Notes: generated from the letters alone by a model not told the origin. DNA of 62,597 nt from an uncultured Roseivirgaceae bacterium (GCA_964645995.1 CAZYDB010000001.1:1-62597); one strand, 5' to 3'. Counted from the stretch's first letter, positions 1 through 10,365 are shown. Made by a program: numbers and translations.

Positions 1-1386
1 ATAGGGGTCGTAATAGGTGATCTCCCCAAATGTTTTCAGTTTTTCGGCTATATCATTTGCCTTACCCACGGCAACAATATGCATATTTTCCGGAAGGATA
101 TATTTCTGAGCCATCTGCCGGACTTCCGCCGGGCTCACTGCTTCTACTCTTTTCACATAGTTATTGTAATAATCTTCCGGGAGGTCATACCTTTCGATGC
201 TGATCGCAAAGGAGGCAACCGTCTGGGGGTTTTCCAGTGATCGACCAAAACTACCTGTTAACACATTTTTGGCCCTTCTTAACTCATCTCCGGTTACTTT
301 CTCATCGTTTATCCGGTGAAATTCATGAATAAATTCCGTCAGGGCACTATCCGTTACTTCATTACGTACACTTGCGCCGGCACTGAAATTACCGATCAAT
401 TCATCGGAAGAGATGGATGAATAAGCCCCATAGGTATACCCCTTATCTTCCCTGATATTCTTAAATAACCTGGAAGCGCTCGAGCCGCCGAGTATTTCAT
501 TCATTACATTAACCCTTACTACGTCCGGATGGCCCTTTTCCAATACAACCGGATAGGATAAATTCAGGACGGTCTGCACCGAGGCTGTGCGGTCAACGAG
601 GGCTATCCGGTTACTTTCAGGAATTTGAGGCACTTCAAAGGTATGCCCGGGTACTTCTCCCTTTTCCCATTGCCCGAAATATTTATTGGCAAGTTTGCGG
701 GCTTCTTTAGGTGATATATCTCCTACAATTGCCAGATAGGAAATATTGGGCTTAAAGTAGGTTTCATAATACCTGACAAGATCGATCCTGTCAATATTGT
801 CTACATGCTCCTCCCGTTGTATTTCACCATAGGGATGATCTTTGGTATAGAGTACTACGCTGGATACGTTGCCGGCAATTGATTCCGGATCATCCTTTTG
901 TGAGGCGATGCCTGATAAGACCTGCTTTTTAACCTTATCTAACTCTTCCCCGGGGAAAACGGGATTATACAATACATCGGTCATCAGTCCAAGCAACTGA
1001 TCGGTATGCTTGGTAAGAGATGAGGCGAAAATGGAGTTCGATCCTGTTGAAAGTGAGGCGCCAATAAAATCGATCGATTCATCAAGTTGATCCTTTGTTC
1101 GGTTGGTCGTTCCCCGCCGTAACATCTGTCCGGCCATGGACACATACCCTACTTTATCACCTTCCAGGATCGGGTCACGGTCAACGATCAATGAGAAAGA
1201 GACCCTTGGCAGCTTATGGTTTTCAACAACAATTACGGTAAGTCCATTCTTCAATTTAAAAGTCTGGTATTCTCCGATTTTGATCTCCGGGGCAGGTCCT
1301 GGAGGCGGTTTAACGGACCGGTCAACCTGCGCATGACCGGCACTCAGGACAAAAAGGAACAGGATAAATATAATTTGCTTTTTCAT
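1..1386 (-). CDS. M16 (pitrilysin) family peptidase-like protein, non-catalytic-type partner; 3' end cut by window edge
   Basis: Absent from the ORF track because no stop lies in the window. Manual translation from ATG at 1386 gives MKKQIIFILFLFVLSAGHAQVDRSVKPPPGPAPEIKIGEYQTFKLKNGLTVIVVENHKLPRV... and stays open to base 1 (462 codons). Has a signal peptide and M16-like sequence but no HxxEH motif. Confidence 0.8.
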   Translation of the reverse strand, partial: MKKQIIFILFLFVLSAGHAQVDRSVKPPPGPAPEIKIGEYQTFKLKNGLTVIVVENHKLPRVSFSLIVDRDPILEGDKVGYVSMAGQMLRRGTTNRTKDQLDESIDFIGASLSTGSNSIFASSLTKHTDQLLGLMTDVLYNPVFPGEELDKVKKQVLSGIASQKDDPESIAGNVSSVVLYTKDHPYGEIQREEHVDNIDRIDLVRYYETYFKPNISYLAIVGDISPKEARKLANKYFGQWEKGEVPGHTFEVPQIPESNRIALVDRTASVQTVLNLSYPVVLEKGHPDVVRVNVMNEILGGSSASRLFKNIREDKGYTYGAYSSISSDELIGNFSAGASVRNEVTDSALTEFIHEFHRINDEKVTGDELRRAKNVLTGSFGRSLENPQTVASFAISIERYDLPEDYYNNYVKRVEAVSPAEVRQMAQKYILPENMHIVAVGKANDIAEKLKTFGEITYYDPY

Positions 1387-1405
1387 CTAGGTAAATTTTC
1401 GGAAA

Positions 1406-2708
1406 TTATTGGGAGGATTTTGGGAGCCAGTGCAGGACCACCCGGTTATCATCATTCAAATATTTATTGGCTACCCTTTTAATATCTTCTTTTGATACGG
1501 CCTGGTAAAGTTCCAGTTCGGTATTGATCAGGTCTGTGTTTCCATAGATCAGATAATATTCCGCCAGTGATTCGGCGATACCAGCCACCCTGGAGTTTGC
1601 AGAGATAAAATCATTTTCCACTTGGTTCCTGATTTTCCGAAACTCTTTTTCATCAATCAATTCATTTTTCACCTGATAGATCACCTCCTGCATAGCCGCT
1701 TCCAGGTCATCAGTACTGATGCCGAGATTAGCTATTCCAAAAGCCACAAAAAGCCCGGGATCTTCCAGGGGCAGTGGAATTGCCGCTGTCCACAATGGCT
1801 TTGTTCATCCTTGAGCTGGCACCATCGGCTAAAAGAGTGGTCAGCATGCTTAAGGCATAAAAATCCTCGGTTCCGGCAGCCGGCATATGGTAAGCCATGA
1901 TCACGGCCGGAAGCTGTACATTATCATATATAACATCCCGTACTTCTTGCTTCTGAACCGGTTCATCGATAGTAACACGATTGATTGGGTCACCCGGGGG
2001 AATATCTGCAAAGTATTTCCTGACAAGTTTCTCAGTGTTCCCGGGATCTATATCACCGGCAATGGAAAGGACCGCGTTATTAGGAACATAATAAGTATCC
2101 CTGAAATCAATAAAATCTTCTACCGATGCGGCATCAAGATCTTCCATGGAACCGATAACCGGCCAGCGATAAGGATGCTGGCGATAAGATCTCTTCAGGA
2201 TCTCCTCCAGTAATTTTCCATAGGGCTGGTTATCAACACGTAGTCTTTTTTCTTCTTTCACGACTTCGCGCTGTGTCTCTACTACTGTTGTATCTACGAT
2301 CATGTTAAGCATCCTTTCCGATTCAAGCCAGAGACCCATCTCCAGGTAGTTGGAAGGAAGTATTTCAAAGTAATACGTACGGTCAAAGTTAGTGGAAGCA
2401 TTCCTGGCCCCTCCTGCTTCAGACACATACTCAGTAAATCCACCAACCGGAATATTGTCTGTACGCCTGGAAGCCACATGCTCAAAAAAATGAGCAAAAC
2501 CCGTTTTTCCGGGCTTCTCGTTTTTAGAACCCACGTGATACATGGTCGACACGGATACAATAGGTGTCGAATTATCCTGATGTAAAATAACATGCAGGCC
2601 GTTTCCGAGGTCAAACTCCGTATAGCGGATTTCATTTCGCTGACCCAATAGCCATCCGGGCCAAAGGATAATAAATCCTGCTAACAGTATAATGGTTTTT
2701 CTTTTCAT
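1406..2708 (-). pseudogene. M16 family zinc peptidase (HFFEH active site) split by a frameshift near 1775-1795
   Basis: ORF 1728..2759 carries a signal peptide (likely start MKRKTIILLAG at 2708), HFFEH and the N-terminal M16 domain. ORF 1406..1795, in another frame, continues with PLPLEDPGLFVAFG... through the C-terminal M16 domain. Confidence 0.7.
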
Positions 2709-2766
2709 TCTGACATGAATATTAAAATGGTCATATAATAGGAACCTCAATAATAACATTCATTTT

Positions 2767-3813
2767 TCAATGTTCCCAATTCCATTGTTCAATATTTTCA
2801 ATTCCTGCACAAACCAATGCGATGGTTTTCTCAATATCCCCTTTATCAGCCATTTCGATCACCTGGTGTAAATGCCTGGTTGGCACAGATATCGCCCCGG
2901 AAACGGCGCCATTTTTACCCATCCGTTGTAAGCTGGCAGTATCGGTCCCACCGGCTGTCAGGATCTCAGGCTGCCATTTGATCTTTTTCTTATCTGCAAT
3001 ATATTTCAGGTAAGCTACCATCCTGGGGTCACATACTGCTGAGGCATCCATGATCTTAATAGCCGTTCCTTTTCCCAGGGATGTCACTTTTTCATGAGGC
3101 TGTGCTCCAGGCACATCATAGGCAATGGTGGTATCAAGCGCCAAAGCAAAATCAGCATTCAGCTTATGGGCCACAACCTGGGCGCCACGCATCCCAAGCT
3201 CCTCCTGAACGGTAAATGCACCATATACATCATAAGGAAAATCAGATAACTTTCTCAGTACCTCTACCAGGATATAGACAGATATACGGTTATCAATTGA
3301 TTTACAGTTAACGCATTCACCCATTTCAATTAATTCCCGTTCCCTGGTCACCGGATCACCTATCGACACCCATTTTGCTACTTCCTCCTTACGCATCCCG
3401 AGATCTATGTAAAAATCAGTAACCTGTGGTAATTTTTTCCGCTCCTCGTCCGACATCACATGGATTGGCTTGGTACCCATCACGCCAATCATGTCTTTTT
3501 TACCATGGACGATAACACGCTGGGCAGTCAATGTTTTGGGGTCGAATCCACCCAGGGTATGAAACCGGAGAAAACCATCATCATCGACATGGGTGACAAC
3601 AAATCCGATCTCATCCATATGAGCGGCAACAAGTACTTTCCTGTTGCCGGAATTATTACTACCCTTCCTTATGGTGATCAGGTTTCCAAGATTATCCACA
3701 TAAAAATTATCAACCAGAGGTTTTATCAGGCCGATTATGGCTTCCCTTATTCGTTTTTCAAATCCCGGTGCTCCGGGTGTTTCACAAATTGTCCTTAACT
3801 GGGGTATATTCAT
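2767..3813 (-). CDS. M42 family metallopeptidase (FrvX/glutamyl aminopeptidase-like)
   Basis: Contains VAAHMDEIGF, DNRISV and TAGGTDT motifs. Likely ATG at 3813 (MNIPQLRTICETPGAPGFE); the ORF-track N-terminal 34 aa look spurious. Confidence 0.85.
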   Translation of the reverse strand: MNIPQLRTICETPGAPGFEKRIREAIIGLIKPLVDNFYVDNLGNLITIRKGSNNSGNRKVLVAAHMDEIGFVVTHVDDDGFLRFHTLGGFDPKTLTAQRVIVHGKKDMIGVMGTKPIHVMSDEERKKLPQVTDFYIDLGMRKEEVAKWVSIGDPVTRERELIEMGECVNCKSIDNRISVYILVEVLRKLSDFPYDVYGAFTVQEELGMRGAQVVAHKLNADFALALDTTIAYDVPGAQPHEKVTSLGKGTAIKIMDASAVCDPRMVAYLKYIADKKKIKWQPEILTAGGTDTASLQRMGKNGAVSGAISVPTRHLHQVIEMADKGDIEKTIALVCAGIENIEQWNWEH

Positions 3814-3874
3814 TAATGATAAATTAATAGATTTACAATATATTCTAAGAGAGTTATTTTCAAAATAAGCAAAT

Positions 3875-4702
3875 TTGATAATAAAACACACAATCAGGTT
3901 ATCGGAAATCACCATTTACCCTGTAAAATCGATGCGGGGTATTTCTCGCCGGGAAAACAGGGCTGAGACCAGGGGTTTCAGGTACGACCGCCGATGGATG
4001 CTGGTCGATCCCAATGGCCGTTTCCTGACTCAGCGAACCCTTCCGGCAATGGCCCGTTTTGAGACCTCTCTGTTCAATGACATGGTTCTTGTCAGGCATG
4101 CAGGCGAGAGCCTGGAGATTCCCTGGAATATGCCGCTGCAAGACAGGATGACCATAAGGATCTGGAATGATCAGCTTGAAGTTGGGAGGGCCATTGATCT
4201 TTATAATGAATGGTTTTCTTCCCATCTTCAAAAACAGTGCTATTTAACAATGATGGACCAGGAAGCCTACCGGCCAATCCCGGATAAATATCGGATCAAT
4301 AACGAATCCGTTAGTTTCGCCGACGGTTTTCCTTATCTTCTGATCAGCCGGGGATCCCTCGATCAATTGAATAAAAGGTTGGATAAACCGGTTCCCATGG
4401 ATCGCTTCAGACCGAATATGGTCATTTCTGACGAACAGGGATTTCTGGAAGATTCAATCGATGAATTCGGCATAGGTGAAGCCCTGTTTAAGGTAATAAA
4501 ACCCTGTGCGCGTTGTGTGGTAACTACTACCGACCAACAAAATGGCCTCCGGGAAAAAGAACCCTTACGCACCTTGTCGGTCTTCAGAAAGAAAAATAAA
4601 AAAATACTTTTTGGGCAGAATGTGATCTGTCTGAAGGAGGGAAATGTAAAGGCAGGGGATGAAATCATTATTCATTCAACTAAACCCGGAGATTTTGAAT
4701 AA
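3875..4702 (+). CDS. MOSC domain-containing protein (YcbX-like)
   Basis: N-terminal beta-barrel signature LSEITIYPVKSMRG and MOSC domain with conserved Cys (KPCARCVVTT). First codon is TTG and no ATG lies nearby. Confidence 0.8.
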   Translation: MIIKHTIRLSEITIYPVKSMRGISRRENRAETRGFRYDRRWMLVDPNGRFLTQRTLPAMARFETSLFNDMVLVRHAGESLEIPWNMPLQDRMTIRIWNDQLEVGRAIDLYNEWFSSHLQKQCYLTMMDQEAYRPIPDKYRINNESVSFADGFPYLLISRGSLDQLNKRLDKPVPMDRFRPNMVISDEQGFLEDSIDEFGIGEALFKVIKPCARCVVTTTDQQNGLREKEPLRTLSVFRKKNKKILFGQNVICLKEGNVKAGDEIIIHSTKPGDFE

Positions 4703-4790
4703 CTTTACATCCTTGACCGGAAGCTGAGAGACCTTTTAAATAAGTAACGATCAATAAAGAAATTTTCATTCATTCAAAAAAGGTAAAGGC

Positions 4791-5444
4791 ATGAACGCTC
4801 GCATAAGGTATTTAATACTGGTTATTTTAGTCATAATCACCGGATGCCAGACATCTAATAAAAATGATACATTACCCTATCTTGGAAGAAAAGAGATTAA
4901 GGTCATAAACACGCCTGACGGACAGAAACAGGATACAATTTATCATACGATTGATGATTTTTCCTTTGTTGACCAGGATTCAATGGTGGTAACCAATGAT
5001 ACCTTCAGGGATAAAATTTATGTAGCTGATTTTTTCTTTACTACCTGTCCGACCATCTGTCCCCTAATGAAGGCAGAGATGCTGAGGGTTTATGATAAAT
5101 TCCTGGATGAGGATGGATTTATGATCCTCTCTCATACGATTGATCCGGATTATGATACTGTTGGTGTGTTGCGTGATTTTGCCGGAAAACTTGGCGTAAC
5201 CAGTGATAAATGGCATTTTGTGACAGGCAACAAGGAAAAAATATATGAAATCGGTCAAACCAGTTATATGGTAACCGCTATGGAAGACAAGGACGAACCA
5301 GGCGGCTATATTCATAGCGGAGCCTTCATCCTGGTAGATAAGGAAAGAAGGGTGCGGGGCCTTTATGACGGCACCAGTGAAAAAGATGTTAACCGGCTGA
5401 TCAATGATATCCCCCGATTACTGAAAGAATATGAGAAGAATTAA
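4791..5444 (+). CDS. SCO1/SenC family copper chaperone (lipoprotein)
   Basis: Lipobox ITGC, thioredoxin-like CxxxC (FFFTTCPTICP) and downstream His (YIHSGAFILVD). Confidence 0.85.
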   Translation: MNARIRYLILVILVIITGCQTSNKNDTLPYLGRKEIKVINTPDGQKQDTIYHTIDDFSFVDQDSMVVTNDTFRDKIYVADFFFTTCPTICPLMKAEMLRVYDKFLDEDGFMILSHTIDPDYDTVGVLRDFAGKLGVTSDKWHFVTGNKEKIYEIGQTSYMVTAMEDKDEPGGYIHSGAFILVDKERRVRGLYDGTSEKDVNRLINDIPRLLKEYEKN

Positions 5445-5880
5445 TAGCGGGATCCAGATCGTATTACTGACAATATCAGCTTTTATGTATTCCTGTAATC
5501 CTGAAAATGGAAAAGAAGAACTGCCGGAGGACAGGATAAAATATAGGCAATACCTGGTTGAAGGCAAGCGATTGTATACAGAACACTGCAGCAACTGTCA
5601 CCTGGAAAACGGGACAGGCTTGCGCAGGTTATACCCTCCGCTGAAAGACAGTGACTGGTATAAAAAAGAACCGGAGAATATAGCTTGTATCATAAAAAAC
5701 GGTCAGACCGGCGAGGTGATTGTGAATGGGGTGGTTTTCAATCAACCTATGCCTGAAAATCCCCGGCTTACAAACCTTGAGATTGCAGAGATCATGACCT
5801 ATGTTTACAGGGAATGGGGTAAGAAGAAATATCTTTTCAGTCATGTTGAGATCGATGAATTCCTGGAGAACTGTCAATAA
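5431..5880 (+). CDS. c-type cytochrome (class I, mono-haem)
   Basis: CSNCH haem-binding motif, candidate Met ligand (NQPMPEN) and signal/lipoprotein-like N-terminus. Overlaps the SCO gene by 14 nt. Confidence 0.8.
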   Translation: MRRINSGIQIVLLTISAFMYSCNPENGKEELPEDRIKYRQYLVEGKRLYTEHCSNCHLENGTGLRRLYPPLKDSDWYKKEPENIACIIKNGQTGEVIVNGVVFNQPMPENPRLTNLEIAEIMTYVYREWGKKKYLFSHVEIDEFLENCQ

Positions 5881-6165
5881 AAAACTGCTTCTGTACAAGG
5901 CAAACCAAAGGATTTTTCATAACAAAAAATAACGATTAATTAACAACCCGGGATTTTGTTGCAAGTAGTTGATTTTCATTATAATACACATGGTACAAAC
6001 CCATGGTTTGTAATTGCTGACAATAATCATACTTTATAATTTTTACCTTTCGTAATTATGTGACAAAATAAAGGCTGTTATCAATTTTTTATGTTACTAT
6101 CTTAGCTTTTATTCCGGAAAATAATTACGTTTTCAAATTAATATTTGATTTAACTAATTCAAATA

Positions 6166-7725
6166 ATGACAAATCAGGAAAAAATTAAGGAGCTTATAGA
6201 CAAGCGTGCAGAAGCACGGCTTGGTGGTGGGCAAACAAGAATTGACAGTCAACACGGCAAAGGCAAACTCACGGCAAGAGAAAGGATCAACCTGCTGCTT
6301 GATGAGGGCAGTTTTGAGGAGTACGACATGTTTGTAACGCACAGGACAAAATCTTTCGGTATGTGGGAGCAGAAATATCTTTCTGACGGTGTTGTCACGG
6401 GTCATGGCACCATTGATGGCCGGATCGTCTATGTATTTTCTCAGGATTTCACTGTATTCGGAGGTTCCTTGTCGGAGATGTTCGCCCAGAAAATCTGTAA
6501 GATCATGGATCAGGCTTTGAAGGCAGGAGCGCCGGTAATTGGCATCAACGACAGTGGTGGGGCCCGTATCCAGGAAGGCGTGCGAAGTCTGGCCGGTTAT
6601 GCTGAAATTTTCCAGCGTAACATCATGGCCTCCGGAGTCATTCCTCAAATATCGGCGATTTTCGGTCCTTGTGCCGGTGGAGCTGTTTATTCTCCGGCAC
6701 TTACCGATTTCATCATCATGAGTGAAAAATCGAGTTATATGTTTGTAACCGGGCCCAAGGTCGTAAAAACCGTAACGGGGGAAGATATCTCGGTAGAAGA
6801 CCTTGGGGGGGCCAATGTGCACTCTACAAAATCAGGTATCTCCCATTTTATGACAGAAACGGAGGAAGAAGGGTTGTTGCTTATCCGGAAAATGTTGAGT
6901 TATCTGCCTTCCAATAACCTGGAAGATCCCCCGGTAATGGAGAACAAGGACCCGATAGACCGGCTGGAAGACAGTCTTAATGAGATCATTCCTGAAAACC
7001 CGAATAAACCTTATGATGTGAAGGATGTAATCCATGCGATCGTTGATGAGCATGAATTTCTTGAGATCCAGCGCAACTATGCAAAAAATATTGTTATCGG
7101 CTTTGCCCGTTTCGACGGATTACCGGTTGGTATCGTCGCCAACCAGCCAAATTATCTGGCGGGTGTTCTGAATATCGATGCTTCCAGAAAAGCCGCCCGG
7201 TTTGTCCGGTTCTGTGATTCCTTCAATATCCCGATAGTAACGCTGGTTGATGTTCCCGGCTTTCTGCCGGGCAGCGCACAGGAATTGGGAGGCATCATTA
7301 TTCATGGCGCCAAGTTATTATTTGCCTATGGTGAAGCTACCGTACCCAAGGTCACCATCACCCTGCGTAAGTCATATGGAGGAGCACATGATGTGATGAG
7401 TTGCAAACAGCTTAGGGGTGACCTGAATTATGCCTGGCCTTCTGCCGAGATCGCTGTAATGGGTGCCAAAGGAGCAGTTGAAGTTCTGGAAGGCAAGAAA
7501 ATCCGGGAAATGAAAGACGATACGGAACGGGAGAAATTCATTCATGAAAAAGAAGAAGAATATATTGAAAACTTCGCAAATCCTTACCAGGCTGCTAAAT
7601 ATGGCTTTATCGATGACATCATAGAGCCTCGTAACAGCCGGTTCAGGATCATCAGGGCTTTAAAGACCCTCTCGACCAAGAAGGACTTTAATCCTCCAAA
7701 AAAACATGCCAACATACCATTATAA
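6166..7725 (+). CDS. mmdA: Methylmalonyl-CoA decarboxylase alpha subunit / acyl-CoA carboxyltransferase
   Basis: 519 aa with strong resemblance to propionyl-CoA carboxylase beta / MmdA carboxyltransferases ([32 protein letters not shown]). Followed by OadG-like, BCCP and OadB-like genes. Confidence 0.93.
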   Translation: MTNQEKIKELIDKRAEARLGGGQTRIDSQHGKGKLTARERINLLLDEGSFEEYDMFVTHRTKSFGMWEQKYLSDGVVTGHGTIDGRIVYVFSQDFTVFGGSLSEMFAQKICKIMDQALKAGAPVIGINDSGGARIQEGVRSLAGYAEIFQRNIMASGVIPQISAIFGPCAGGAVYSPALTDFIIMSEKSSYMFVTGPKVVKTVTGEDISVEDLGGANVHSTKSGISHFMTETEEEGLLLIRKMLSYLPSNNLEDPPVMENKDPIDRLEDSLNEIIPENPNKPYDVKDVIHAIVDEHEFLEIQRNYAKNIVIGFARFDGLPVGIVANQPNYLAGVLNIDASRKAARFVRFCDSFNIPIVTLVDVPGFLPGSAQELGGIIIHGAKLLFAYGEATVPKVTITLRKSYGGAHDVMSCKQLRGDLNYAWPSAEIAVMGAKGAVEVLEGKKIREMKDDTEREKFIHEKEEEYIENFANPYQAAKYGFIDDIIEPRNSRFRIIRALKTLSTKKDFNPPKKHANIPL

Positions 7726-7734
7726 ACTGATCCC

Positions 7735-8109
7735 ATGATGATCACAGCGAATGCAATTAACTGGGACATGATCCTTGGCGATGGTTTAACCATTACAATA
7801 ATCGGTTACCTGATCGTGTTCCTGGCCCTTGTACTATTGTTTATGGTATTCAACTGGATTCCCAAAGTTATGCAGATGTATGCCCGCAGAAAACTCAGAA
7901 AGAAAGGGCTCCAGAAGGAAATCACCATTGACGAAATGCATATCTCCGGGGAAGTAAGTGCTGCCATAGGCACGGCTGTTTTTTTATATTTCAATGAACT
8001 TCATGACCGGGAGGATCCGGTAATCACGATTAAAAGGATATCCAAGAATTATTCACCTTGGAGTTCCAAGATATACAGTGTTACACGAGGACTAAACAGA
8101 AGATTTTAA
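7735..8109 (+). CDS. mmdD: OadG/MmdD-like small membrane subunit of Na+-decarboxylase
   Basis: 124 aa with a single N-terminal TM helix (LTITIIGYLIVFLALVLLFMVF). Position between the alpha and biotin-carrier genes fits the assignment. Confidence 0.7.
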   Translation: MMITANAINWDMILGDGLTITIIGYLIVFLALVLLFMVFNWIPKVMQMYARRKLRKKGLQKEITIDEMHISGEVSAAIGTAVFLYFNELHDREDPVITIKRISKNYSPWSSKIYSVTRGLNRRF

Positions 8110-8111
8110 AG

Positions 8112-8531
8112 ATGAAAACGTATAATTTTACAATACAGGGGAACAATTACACCGTTCAAATAAAGTCTTTCGAAGATAATATAGCCGACATCGAAGTTAA
8201 TGGCACTCCTTATTCGGTAGAATTGGAAAAGACCTTGTCAACTCCAAAAACACCCAGACTGGTACGGGCTGAAAGGCCTCAGGTAAAGGAACCGGATGAG
8301 ATAAAAGCCGGTTCCGGCCTCAGTAAGATCACGGCTCCCTTGCCCGGAACCATTCTCAAGATAAATGTAAAGCCGGGAGATGTTGTAAAGAAAGGAGATA
8401 CCGTGCTGATCATGGAAGCCATGAAAATGGAGAACAATATCCAGGCCGAGAAAGAGGGTACTGTAAAAACGATCGTAATTAATCCCGGTGATTCGGTACT
8501 GCAGGGCGATTTATTAATTGAAATAGAATAA
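8112..8531 (+). CDS. mmdC: Biotin carboxyl carrier subunit (biotinyl/lipoyl domain)
   Basis: C-terminal biotinylation motif EAMKMEN. ATG at 8112 (MKTYNFTIQG) is preferred over the longer ORF-track start, which overlaps mmdD. Confidence 0.88.
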   Translation: MKTYNFTIQGNNYTVQIKSFEDNIADIEVNGTPYSVELEKTLSTPKTPRLVRAERPQVKEPDEIKAGSGLSKITAPLPGTILKINVKPGDVVKKGDTVLIMEAMKMENNIQAEKEGTVKTIVINPGDSVLQGDLLIEIE

Positions 8532-8535
8532 TCCG

Positions 8536-9870
8536 ATGAGAAAATTAGCTACAGTATTGGGGGTCATACTGATTATATCCCTTGTCAGACTTTCATTTGT
8601 CAGTGCCGACCATTCGAGAACCGGATTATCCGTTACAAAAAAAGAACTTGCCGTATCACAACAACAGCCATCGCAGGATAATGAAAGAAAATCAATTGGC
8701 GCACTTGACGGCGTTAAAAATTTTTTTAATTATACAGGGTTCAAAAATGCTACCTGGGGACACATGGCGATGCTGGCCGTAGGGTTATTCTTTATTATCA
8801 TCGCTATCAAATTCAATTATGAGCCGCTTTTACTGATTCCCATTGGTACGGGTATCCTGATCGGCAATATACCCTTCGTGACTGGTTTTCAGATAGGTAT
8901 TTATGAGGAAGGCAGTGTGATGAATTATCTGTACTACGGAGTAGTAAAGGGAATCTATCCGCCACTTATCTTTCTCGGTATCGGTGCCATGACGGATTTT
9001 TCATCCCTGATCTCCAATCCAAGGCTCATGCTTCTTGGTGCCGCAGCGCAAATAGGAATATTCCTGACCTTTCTTGGGGCCTTGATCCTTGGTTTTGCGC
9101 CACCAGAAGCCGGCGCTATAGGCATTATCGGAGGGGCCGACGGGCCTACTGCTATATTCATCTCTTCGAGACTTGCCAATGGCATTAATCTACTCCCTGA
9201 TGGAACAACCGTTAAAAACCTGATCGGGCCAATTGCAATTGCAGCCTATTCCTATATGGCGCTTGTGCCTGTCATTCAACCCCCGATCATGAAACTGCTC
9301 ACCTCCAAAAAAGAAAGGCTGATACGAATGAAACCGCCAAGGTCTGTCTCAAAAACAGAAAAGATCATGTTCCCGATCATTGGTCTGCTGCTTACCGGAT
9401 TTATTTCTCCCAATTCACTGCCCCTGCTGGGCATGTTATTTTTCGGAAACCTGTTGAAGGAATCGACAAGGACAAACCGGCTGGCGGAGACTTCCCGTAA
9501 TTCTTTGATTGATATTATTACCATATTGCTGGGAATAACTGTAGGAGCCTCCACCCAGGCTGATGTTTTCCTGACGCCTGATTCGCTGCTTATTTTTACA
9601 CTCGGTGCGCTTTCATTTATGGTAGCTACCGCCGGTGGACTGATGTTCGCCAAAGTGATGAACCTGTTTCTTAAGGATGAGGATAAGATCAATCCGCTGG
9701 TTGGTGCTGCAGGTGTGTCCGCTGTCCCTGACAGTGCCCGTGTGGTACAGCATGAAGGGTTAAAAGCTGATCCGACCAATCATTTATTGATGCATGCCAT
9801 GGCGCCTAATGTCTCGGGAGTGATCGGATCGGCAGTAGCAGCCGGGATATTATTGAGTTTCTTATTATAG
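8536..9870 (+). CDS. mmdB: Sodium ion-translocating decarboxylase beta subunit
   Basis: Polytopic membrane protein of the OadB/MmdB family (GADGPTAIF, PLVGAAGVSAVP). Carries an N-terminal extension of about 60 aa with a TM/signal segment. Confidence 0.9.
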   Translation: MRKLATVLGVILIISLVRLSFVSADHSRTGLSVTKKELAVSQQQPSQDNERKSIGALDGVKNFFNYTGFKNATWGHMAMLAVGLFFIIIAIKFNYEPLLLIPIGTGILIGNIPFVTGFQIGIYEEGSVMNYLYYGVVKGIYPPLIFLGIGAMTDFSSLISNPRLMLLGAAAQIGIFLTFLGALILGFAPPEAGAIGIIGGADGPTAIFISSRLANGINLLPDGTTVKNLIGPIAIAAYSYMALVPVIQPPIMKLLTSKKERLIRMKPPRSVSKTEKIMFPIIGLLLTGFISPNSLPLLGMLFFGNLLKESTRTNRLAETSRNSLIDIITILLGITVGASTQADVFLTPDSLLIFTLGALSFMVATAGGLMFAKVMNLFLKDEDKINPLVGAAGVSAVPDSARVVQHEGLKADPTNHLLMHAMAPNVSGVIGSAVAAGILLSFLL

Positions 9871-9894
9871 AATTGACGGCACAATACGCATCGG

Positions 9895-10341
9895 TCAGGA
9901 ATAAACCGGAAAATGATCCAGTAATAATACCTTGTCATCGTCATAGTTGACTGACCAGAAATAATGAATCATGCCGTTGGTGATACCCAGATAATCAGGA
10001 CGTATCGATTTTCCATAAATTCCGGTTTGATAAAGCACGCTCTGATCGATTTTTATCCAGGGGGCTTTGCATTCAATGATCATAAAAGGAGCGCCCGAGC
10101 GTTTATAGATGGCGATATCCGTTCTTTTGCTGAGCCTGTCGTACCGCGTACCGCTCTCCACACGAAGAAGGCTTCTGGGGATCTCCTTCTCCCGGATAAG
10201 ATACCTGACCATATGCTGCCTTACCCATTCTTCATCCGTTAATCTGACAAATTTTTTCCTTAATTCATCAAATATCATAAATTTGTTTTCGTCGGAGGAT
10301 ACCCGGAATTGATATTCGGGAAAATTCAACTTTTTTAACAT
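9895..10341 (-). CDS. Type I restriction enzyme HsdR N-terminal domain-like protein (stand-alone PD-(D/E)xK fold)
   Basis: 148 aa. The DIAIY...MIIECK arrangement matches a PD-(D/E)xK core. No helicase, HsdM or HsdS gene is nearby. Confidence 0.7.
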   Translation of the reverse strand: MLKKLNFPEYQFRVSSDENKFMIFDELRKKFVRLTDEEWVRQHMVRYLIREKEIPRSLLRVESGTRYDRLSKRTDIAIYKRSGAPFMIIECKAPWIKIDQSVLYQTGIYGKSIRPDYLGITNGMIHYFWSVNYDDDKVLLLDHFPVYS

Positions 10342-10365
10342 GCACTAAAATTCTGAATTAATACG

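Noticed and set aside
6154-6822. 222-aa minus-strand ORF
   Set aside because: It is antisense to mmdA, whose carboxyltransferase identity is unambiguous. It is a shadow ORF.
8058-8111. Longer N-terminus for the biotin carrier (ORF-track start 8058)
   Set aside because: It would overlap mmdD by 52 nt. An ATG at 8112 lies right after the mmdD stop and gives a typical BCCP N-terminus.
9276-9779. 167-aa minus-strand ORF
   Set aside because: It is antisense to the OadB/MmdB-like membrane subunit. Its composition is the mirror of a hydrophobic gene.
9895-10341. HsdR_N-domain gene as evidence of a type I restriction-modification or defence locus
   Set aside because: No HsdM, HsdS, helicase or other defence components are in the window. 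The gene is small and embedded among housekeeping genes with normal composition.
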